NCBI GenBank assembly: GCA_049974095.1
Contig: JBMFJD010000002.1
Coordinates: 30,001-62,000, forward strand
DNA from: Nanopusillaceae archaeon
GTDB lineage: Archaea > Nanobdellota > Nanobdellia > Nanobdellales > Nanobdellaceae
Reading direction: 5' to 3'
DNA length: 32,000 bases
The position numbers and the translations under genes were made by a program. Positions 26,158 through 32,000 of this stretch are shown one piece after another. How positions within the stretch are numbered: position 1 is the first letter of the stretch; every line of letters begins with the position of its first letter. The notes under the pieces were generated by a model that was not told where the DNA came from, did not search any database, and worked only from the letters and a program-made list of their open reading frames with translations.

Positions 26158-26913
26158 TTATGTTAGACCGTTTAGTTGCTGATATGGTATCTGTAGTAGG
26201 AATTCACATAGTGGTATTCCTAAGCTATTATTTACTATATTTAATTTTGAGCAATTTCCTGTTACATATAATGTTTGATTTATTACTTGTAAACTTAAAT
26301 TACATCCATTATTTGTATTATAATAATTTAATACTTTTAATAACGCTACAAATACCTGATCTGTAATCCATGTTGGTATCATTCCTGAACATTGTTGTGG
26401 TCCTGGATATAATATTTGATTTTGAGAAGGTGCAGAGAAATATATATTTGCTGTTTGTGTTTGTACATTAAATGATGTTAATGGAGAGTAATTACCAAAT
26501 ACTAATGATGTAGCTTTCTCTGGAGATTTTTGTAAAGTATTAATATAATATTGACATTCAATATACATACAATCTAATGGGGTTACAGGATATCCTTCAT
26601 ATGTACATTGATTATTCGATCCCCCATATAATTGCAAAATTACACTACAAGGTACAGAATTTGCACATAAATAATATCCTGGTTGTGGTTCTATAATACC
26701 TTGTCCTATTGTTTCATATTTTGAGCAAAAAAATGATATACTCTGACATTCACTTATGCAATCGCTCACCGCTTGTTGTATTTCTGTATTAGATATTTTT
26801 GAAATATTTGAAGATTGTTGCTGGAATAATTTTATTACTATTACTGCTACTACTAACATAATTAATATTACGAAAATCAATTCAACAGCCATTTCTATAG
26901 ATCTCTTTTTCAT
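26158..26913 (-). CDS. Prepilin-like (class III signal peptide) Cys-rich exported protein; first gene of the locus
   Basis: MKKRSIEMAVELIFVILIMLVVAVIVIKLF resembles euryarchaeal pilin/archaellin-type signal peptides (compare the KKGQIAMELGIL type): a basic leader, a small residue, then an acidic-punctuated hydrophobic helix. 12 Cys after the helix. The gene lies 7 nt upstream of the FlaJ-like gene. Confidence 0.55.
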   Translation of the reverse strand: MKKRSIEMAVELIFVILIMLVVAVIVIKLFQQQSSNISKISNTEIQQAVSDCISECQSISFFCSKYETIGQGIIEPQPGYYLCANSVPCSVILQLYGGSNNQCTYEGYPVTPLDCMYIECQYYINTLQKSPEKATSLVFGNYSPLTSFNVQTQTANIYFSAPSQNQILYPGPQQCSGMIPTWITDQVFVALLKVLNYYNTNNGCNLSLQVINQTLYVTGNCSKLNIVNNSLGIPLCEFLLQIPYQQLNGLT

Positions 26914-26934
26914 AGAATGATAGAATATTTTGAT

Positions 26935-26942
26935 ATTTATAA
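26935..26942 (-). promoter_or_regulatory. TATA box (TTATAAAT on the minus strand) heading the surface locus
   Basis: It ends 21 nt upstream of the ATG at 26913, within the 31-nt gap. The same 8-mer at the same spacing precedes rpoH and rpoB''. Confidence 0.4.
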
Positions 26943-26944
26943 GT

Positions 26945-27352
26945 TTAATAATAAATTATAAAAAATAATTCCTTTTCTTCTCTCAATTTCTCAACTATTT
27001 TCCTATTTATATCAATAGCACTTTTATTTGAATAAATAGCAAAAGTTCTATTATCAATATAATTACTTTTCCTAATTACAATACTTTTTTCATCTGTTAG
27101 TTTTAAATTTTTAGATCCATAAGCAATTAAGTTATCTATTAAATCATCTACTTTTATTTCTATTTTTATTTTTCCTTCATTTAATAAATAATCTTTTAGA
27201 TCATTTGGCAAATCTTTAACAGAATGAGTAGAATTTATACCAATAATGCAATCCCCCCTTTCAGTTAAAAAATTTTCTTTAGTAATTTCTAACGTAGATT
27301 TATGTGTTGCCTTTATTAATTTACTTCCTCTAGCCTTTATTACCAACTTCAT
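26945..27352 (-). CDS. DUF371 family protein
   Basis: ARGSKLIKATHKSTLEITKENFLTERGDCIIGINS matches the conserved N-terminal signature of archaeal DUF371 proteins (H.n..atH.ttfEiTk...lt.rGDCIiGv). 135 aa. Confidence 0.6.
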   Translation of the reverse strand: MKLVIKARGSKLIKATHKSTLEITKENFLTERGDCIIGINSTHSVKDLPNDLKDYLLNEGKIKIEIKVDDLIDNLIAYGSKNLKLTDEKSIVIRKSNYIDNRTFAIYSNKSAIDINRKIVEKLREEKELFFIIYY

Positions 27353-28184
27353 TTAAGTATTCTAATATTTTTCTAGTTACATTTTTTCCGACATACTTTT
27401 CAAATCCTTCATATTGAAATATATTATGTATATCTATTAAATAATATTCATCATCCTTTATTAATACATCATATGCAAATATTTGTAAATCTGCTTTTTC
27501 CATTATTTTATAACCAATTTCCTTTAATTCTTCATTTAATTCATAAGGTTTTCCATATGCTCCTTGACTTATATTTCCTTTAAAAGATTTTTCATTTATT
27601 CTTTGCATTCCTCCAAAAGGTTCTCCAACAAAGAGTACTCTTATATCTTTTTCATATGGTATATATTTTTGAAATATTAAGAATCTCAAATTTCCTTTTT
27701 TATTTATTAAATAATCCTCTAAAAATTTATACAATTCTTCTTCGCTATTTATTTTATATACAAATTCCCCTCTATGAATTAATTGATGCTTTATTACCAT
27801 AGGAAATCCTATTTTCTTTATTATATATTCTATATTATCTAAAGAATAGATCTTTGCAAATTCTGGTATTTTTACATATTTATATAAATAATAATAAAAC
27901 ATAGCTTTGTACATTATTGCTTCTTTTACATGTATTTTATTTACCACATTTTTTCCATTTTCGTATAAAAATTTTGCAAGCATATGCATATCATATGTAG
28001 AAGTAGTACCTAAGAAAAAATAATATGTATCATAATCTAAAAATCTACTTTCTTCAAATGGAAAAATTTCTTCCTTGTTCATTTCTATCATATTAATATT
28101 ATTAAAATTCCTAATTTCTTCTGTCATTCTCTTTATTCTATAATCTTCAGCTTTTTCTCTTATTAGTATGGCAATCTTGCTCAT
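27330..28184 (-). CDS. ATP-grasp ligase, RimK/LysX-like
   Basis: GFPMVIKHQ...FLIFQKYIPYEKDIRVLFVGEPFGGMQRINEKSFKGNISQGAYGKPYELNEE...FAYDVLIKDDEYYLIDIHN follows the RimK-type ATP-grasp pattern (DiRv.vvG......mkR......fr.N...Gg......l). Confidence 0.6.
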   Translation of the reverse strand: MSKIAILIREKAEDYRIKRMTEEIRNFNNINMIEMNKEEIFPFEESRFLDYDTYYFFLGTTSTYDMHMLAKFLYENGKNVVNKIHVKEAIMYKAMFYYYLYKYVKIPEFAKIYSLDNIEYIIKKIGFPMVIKHQLIHRGEFVYKINSEEELYKFLEDYLINKKGNLRFLIFQKYIPYEKDIRVLFVGEPFGGMQRINEKSFKGNISQGAYGKPYELNEELKEIGYKIMEKADLQIFAYDVLIKDDEYYLIDIHNIFQYEGFEKYVGKNVTRKILEYLNEVGNKG

Positions 28185-28206
28185 CTTATTATCTGATATA
28201 AAAAAG

Positions 28207-28214
28207 TTATAAAT
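28207..28214 (+). promoter_or_regulatory. TATA box (TTATAAAT) for rpoH
   Basis: It ends 20 nt upstream of the rpoH ATG at 28235. Confidence 0.4.
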
Positions 28215-28234
28215 CTTTTAAGTAAAATAGGAAT

Positions 28235-28546
28235 ATGGGTAAGAAATCTTCTAAGTCTGCTAAAAAAACTAAAAAGGAGAAAAAGAATGTTAGAAAATTA
28301 AGAGACTTATCTGAGATAGATATAACAAAACATTATTTTGTTCCAAAACATGAATTATTAACTGAAGAAGAAAAACAAGAATTATTGAAAAAATATAATA
28401 TTAAACTATCAGATTTACCAAGAATAAAATTATCTGATCCAGCAATTAAAAATCTTGGAGCAAAGCCAGGAGATATTGTAAGAATAATTAGAAATTCACC
28501 AACAGCAGGAGTGAGCGCATATTATAGAGTGGTTGTGGAAGATTAG
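28235..28546 (+). CDS. rpoH: DNA-directed RNA polymerase subunit H (Rpo5)
   Basis: The core [60 protein letters not shown]...YYRVVV is the canonical RpoH/RPB5 C-terminal domain. It carries a Lys-rich N-terminal extension. Confidence 0.95.
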   Translation: MGKKSSKSAKKTKKEKKNVRKLRDLSEIDITKHYFVPKHELLTEEEKQELLKKYNIKLSDLPRIKLSDPAIKNLGAKPGDIVRIIRNSPTAGVSAYYRVVVED

Positions 28547-28548
28547 GT

Positions 28549-28556
28549 TTATAAAT
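28549..28556 (+). promoter_or_regulatory. TATA box (TTATAAAT) immediately downstream of rpoH, upstream of rpoB''
   Basis: It ends 22 nt upstream of the GTG at 28579. Confidence 0.35.
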
Positions 28557-28578
28557 ATAATTTGTAAATATTACAGAG

Positions 28579-30096
28579 GTGGACAACTCTAACGATAACT
28601 TTATTCTCTTCTATAAATATTTGGAAGAAAATGATCTTTTAGAGACGCATCTAAGGTCATTTGAATATTTTGCTGATGTAGAAATGACAAAGATTGGAAG
28701 GGAACTTGGAAAGTTTTCTCCAAGAATATTACCTTCTGGATTAAGAGATTTGCAATTTAAGATAGAAAGAATATGGTTAAGTAAGGCAGATTTTATGGAA
28801 AAAGAAGGGGTTTCTAGATTAATTTATCCAAATGAAGCAAGATTAAGAAATATAACATACTCTGGTATGGTCTATATGGAATTTTCTGTATTTGAAAATG
28901 AAACATTTAAGAGTAAATACCAAGTTGGAATAGGAAGATTACCTATTATGGTTAGATCAAAATATTGTAATACATATGGATTATCTGAGGAAGAATTAAT
29001 TAGAATTGGAGAGGATCCAACAGATAGAGGCGGATATTTTATTATTAATGGAAGTGAAAGGGTAATTATATTATCTGAAGAGCTTGCTACAAATAGATTT
29101 TATGTACAAAAAGGTAGCAGTCCTGTAATATATAGTGGATATTTGTTATCTGAATCTTTAACATTACAAAAAGCACATAGAATGGAATTAATGAAGGATG
29201 GAATCTTATATTTAACATTTGAAAAGTATAAAAGGGTTCCATTAATTCCACTATTAAAAGCATTGGGACTAGAAAAGGATGTTGAAATTGCTCAATTAAT
29301 TAATGAAGAAGATAATTTTGAAGAAACATTTATTAATTTATTAGAATTCCAAGATATACAAGATGAGGAATCTGCAATTAAATATCTTTCAGATAGATTA
29401 AAATTAACAGGATCTCCAGAAGTAAAAAGGGAGAAATTATTAGGAATATTAGATACATCATTATTGCCATATATTGGAACCTCTCCAGAAGATAGATTAT
29501 GGAAAACATATAGTTTGGCAAAAATGGCAAGGAAAATATTATTATTAGCACATGGAAAAATTGATGAAGATGTAAAAGATCATTTTTCAAATAAAGTTGT
29601 TAGAACTCCTGGAGAATTATTGAGAGAATGGTTCTTAATTACTTTAAGAACATTAATGAATGATGCAATGTATCAATATGAAAGATTAGTTAGAAGAGGA
29701 AAGGTTCCAACATATAACTCAATATTTAGATCAAAGATATTTACTGAAAGATTTGAATCTGCAATGGGAACAGGAAAATGGACTAGAAATAGAACAGGTA
29801 TTTCACAGCAATTAGATAGAACAAATAAAATATCTGTATTATCACATTTAACAAGGGTTGTATCTTCTATATCTGAAGAAGCAGAACTATTAGAAGCAAG
29901 AATGGTTCATGGTACTCATTGGGGAAGATTAGATTTAATTGAAACTCCTGAAGGACATGAGACAGGATTAAGAAAAAATCTTACAATATTATCAAAGATA
30001 AGTTTTGAGGAAATAGATAGAAATGAATTATTAGAAAAATTAGAAAATATTGGATTAAGGCCAATAATTAAAAATATATCTTCTAAAAAAGAATAA
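28579..30096 (+). CDS. rpoB2: DNA-directed RNA polymerase subunit B'' (N-terminal half of split Rpo2)
   Basis: 505 aa with a GTG start. It has the Rpb2 protrusion/lobe/fork motifs (HLRSFEYF..., RLPIMVRSKYC, GGYFIINGSERVII, GTHWGRLDLIETPEG). The protein ends where split euryarchaeal-type B subunits break. Confidence 0.95.
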   Translation: MDNSNDNFILFYKYLEENDLLETHLRSFEYFADVEMTKIGRELGKFSPRILPSGLRDLQFKIERIWLSKADFMEKEGVSRLIYPNEARLRNITYSGMVYMEFSVFENETFKSKYQVGIGRLPIMVRSKYCNTYGLSEEELIRIGEDPTDRGGYFIINGSERVIILSEELATNRFYVQKGSSPVIYSGYLLSESLTLQKAHRMELMKDGILYLTFEKYKRVPLIPLLKALGLEKDVEIAQLINEEDNFEETFINLLEFQDIQDEESAIKYLSDRLKLTGSPEVKREKLLGILDTSLLPYIGTSPEDRLWKTYSLAKMARKILLLAHGKIDEDVKDHFSNKVVRTPGELLREWFLITLRTLMNDAMYQYERLVRRGKVPTYNSIFRSKIFTERFESAMGTGKWTRNRTGISQQLDRTNKISVLSHLTRVVSSISEEAELLEARMVHGTHWGRLDLIETPEGHETGLRKNLTILSKISFEEIDRNELLEKLENIGLRPIIKNISSKKE

Positions 30097-31898
30097 TGGC
30101 AACAGAAGTTTATATTGATAATATCTTTGTAGGATATATAGATGATCCTAAGGAATTTACTGAAAAATTTAAGGAAGAAAGAAGGAAGGGTATAATTCCA
30201 TATTTTGTAAATATATACTATGATGAAATAAGAAACGTAATTGAAATAAATACTAGGAAGGGAAGGATATTAAGACCATTGATTGTTGTAAAAAATGGAA
30301 AACCATTATTAACACAAGAACATATTGAAAAATTAAAGAAAGGAGAACTAAAATGGAGTGATCTAGAAAAGCAAGGAATAATTGAATGGGTAGATCCTGC
30401 AGAAGAAGAAAATTTAAAAATTGCTCTATTTCCTGAAGATATAAGAGAAGATACTACACATTTAGAGTTATCTGCTGTAGCTATATTTGGAATTGCAACA
30501 TCCTTGGTTCCATTCTCAAATAAAAATCAATCTGCAAGATTAAATAGAGGTGTTAGACCACAAAGACAGGCTCATGCTACTTATACTTTAAACTTCTTTA
30601 ACAGGTTTGATACAGATACTTCTATCCTATATTATCCACAACAGCCAATTGTTAGAACATTTTCTCATAAAATATTTGAAAAAGAAGATTTGATTGGACA
30701 AAATGTGATTATTGCAGTTATGACACAAGAAGGATATAATATTGAAGATGCCATAATCATGAATAAAGGATCAATTGACAGAGGATTATTTAGATCTGTA
30801 TATTTTAGATCTTATGAAACTGAAAGAATGGGATATCCTGGAGGATTAAAAGATGAGATTACAGTTCCAACTCCAGATGTTGAATTATATAGAGGAAGGG
30901 ATAAATATATAAATTTGGAAGAAGATGGTGTTATTGCTGTTGAATCATTTGTTCAATCTGAAGAAGTTCTTGTTGGAAAAGTTTCTCCTCCAAGATTTAT
31001 TGGATTAACATCTGAAAGTATTGCTACAGGATTAAGAAAAAAGGATTCTTCTTTAACAACTGGAGGTGGGGAAGAAGGATGGGTAGATGCAGTTATGTTA
31101 ACAGAATCTTCTGATGGAAATCTATTAATAAAAGTAAGATTAAGAGATTTAAGAATACCAGAATTGGGAGATAAATTTACTGTTAGACATGGACAAAAGG
31201 GTGTTTTGGGAATGATTGTTGAAGAATCTGATATGCCATGGACATCTTCAGGTTTAAAACCAGATATTATATTTTCTCCTGCAAGTATTCCATCTAGAGA
31301 GACTGTTGGTTTATTATTAGAATTACTTGGAGGAAAAGTTGGAAGTTTAAATGGTAGATATGTTGATGGTACTCCTTGGTATGGAGAAAAAGAAGAAGAT
31401 TTGAGGAAAGAATTATTATCTTTAGGATTTAGAGAAGATGGAACAGAAACAATGTATAATCCTTTAACTGGAGATGAATTTAAAGCTAAAATATATATTG
31501 GAAGTATATATTATCTAAGGTTAAGACATATGGCAAAGAATAAATTACAAGCAAGAGCTACAGGTCCAGTTACATTATTAACAAGACAGCCAACTGAGGG
31601 TAAATCAAAGAAAGGCGGCTTAAGATTTAGTGAAATGGAACATGAAGTTCTTGCTGCTCATGGTGCTTCATATTTATTAAGAGAAATGTATTCATCTGAT
31701 GATACTGTTATATTTGTATGTGAAAATTGTGGTTCTCTAGCTGTTGAGGATAATATAAGAAATAGAGTTTATTGTCCCGTTTGTGGTGAAACAGAAAAAA
31801 TATCTAAAGTTAAAGTTTCATATGGATTTACATTATTATTAAAAGAATTAATTTCTTTGGGTATTTGGCCAAGATTAAAATTGAAGTATAAGTTTTAA
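30096..31898 (+). CDS. rpoB1: DNA-directed RNA polymerase subunit B' (C-terminal half of split Rpo2)
   Basis: 600 aa with GYNIEDAIIMNKGSIDRGLFRS, GDKFTVRHGQKGV, IYYLRLRHMAKNKLQARATGP, GGLRFSEMEHEVLAAHGA and the C-terminal Zn ribbon CENCGS...CPVCG. TAATG overlap with rpoB''. Confidence 0.95.
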   Translation: MATEVYIDNIFVGYIDDPKEFTEKFKEERRKGIIPYFVNIYYDEIRNVIEINTRKGRILRPLIVVKNGKPLLTQEHIEKLKKGELKWSDLEKQGIIEWVDPAEEENLKIALFPEDIREDTTHLELSAVAIFGIATSLVPFSNKNQSARLNRGVRPQRQAHATYTLNFFNRFDTDTSILYYPQQPIVRTFSHKIFEKEDLIGQNVIIAVMTQEGYNIEDAIIMNKGSIDRGLFRSVYFRSYETERMGYPGGLKDEITVPTPDVELYRGRDKYINLEEDGVIAVESFVQSEEVLVGKVSPPRFIGLTSESIATGLRKKDSSLTTGGGEEGWVDAVMLTESSDGNLLIKVRLRDLRIPELGDKFTVRHGQKGVLGMIVEESDMPWTSSGLKPDIIFSPASIPSRETVGLLLELLGGKVGSLNGRYVDGTPWYGEKEEDLRKELLSLGFREDGTETMYNPLTGDEFKAKIYIGSIYYLRLRHMAKNKLQARATGPVTLLTRQPTEGKSKKGGLRFSEMEHEVLAAHGASYLLREMYSSDDTVIFVCENCGSLAVEDNIRNRVYCPVCGETEKISKVKVSYGFTLLLKELISLGIWPRLKLKYKF

Positions 31899-32000
31899 TG
31901 ATGACTGAAATATTTTCCAAAAGAATCTCTGAAATTCAATATTCTTTGTTAAGTCCAGATATAATAAGAAAAATATCTGTAGCAAAAATTATTGTCCCAG
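31898..32000 (+). CDS. rpoA1: DNA-directed RNA polymerase subunit A' (N-terminal fragment; continues beyond the window)
   Basis: MMTEIFSKRISEIQYSLLSPDIIRKISVAKIIVP matches the conserved Rpo1 N-terminus (I..I.F.lLSPeeIRkmSv..I). TAATG overlap with rpoB' and the canonical H-B-A' gene order. Confidence 0.85.
   Translation, partial: MMTEIFSKRISEIQYSLLSPDIIRKISVAKIIVP

Noticed and set aside
1-32000. Scan for tRNA, rRNA, SRP or RNase P RNA genes and for CRISPR arrays.
   Set aside because: Structured RNAs should stand out as GC-rich islands in this background, and the only such island is the C/D sRNA at about 13063-13118. I saw no regularly spaced direct repeats with unique spacers.

Overview
This is an extremely AT-rich, very gene-dense archaeal chromosome segment. 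Genes abut or overlap, with many ATGA or TAATG stop/start junctions and convergent 3' overlaps. TATA-like 8-mers end 20-23 nt upstream of start codons, which implies leaderless mRNAs. My guess, which I cannot verify here, is a genome-reduced DPANN/Nanoarchaeota-like organism. Several housekeeping genes are clear: the 3' part of a eukaryote-type (GT3) glycogen synthase, a tfb / Pop5-like / psmA / SBDS cluster, membrane-bound LonB, S24e-S27ae, a family-4 UDG, a ureohydrolase, DUF371 plus a RimK-like ATP-grasp, and rpoH-rpoB''-rpoB'-rpoA' with a split B subunit. One textbook C/D box sRNA lies on the minus strand and overlaps the udg stop codon. I saw no tRNA, rRNA, CRISPR array or transposase. 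The accessory content is the interesting part. (1) A 1426-aa sequon-rich surface protein reads as an in-frame fusion of two modules, each with a signal peptide, an ectodomain and a TM anchor. (2) A 12.3-kb, 14-gene minus-strand locus (14570-26913) encodes three classes of protein. These are a FlaJ/TadC-like (T2SS-F-type) polytopic platform protein, eleven exported Cys-rich proteins (most with a very short M-[KR]-N-Q or class-III/prepilin-like leader and one hydrophobic helix), and two paralogous polytopic membrane proteins. The locus contains internal tandem duplications and has no assembly ATPase or prepilin peptidase in cis. I interpret it as a non-canonical type-IV-pilus-like surface filament or attachment system. 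This is an inference.
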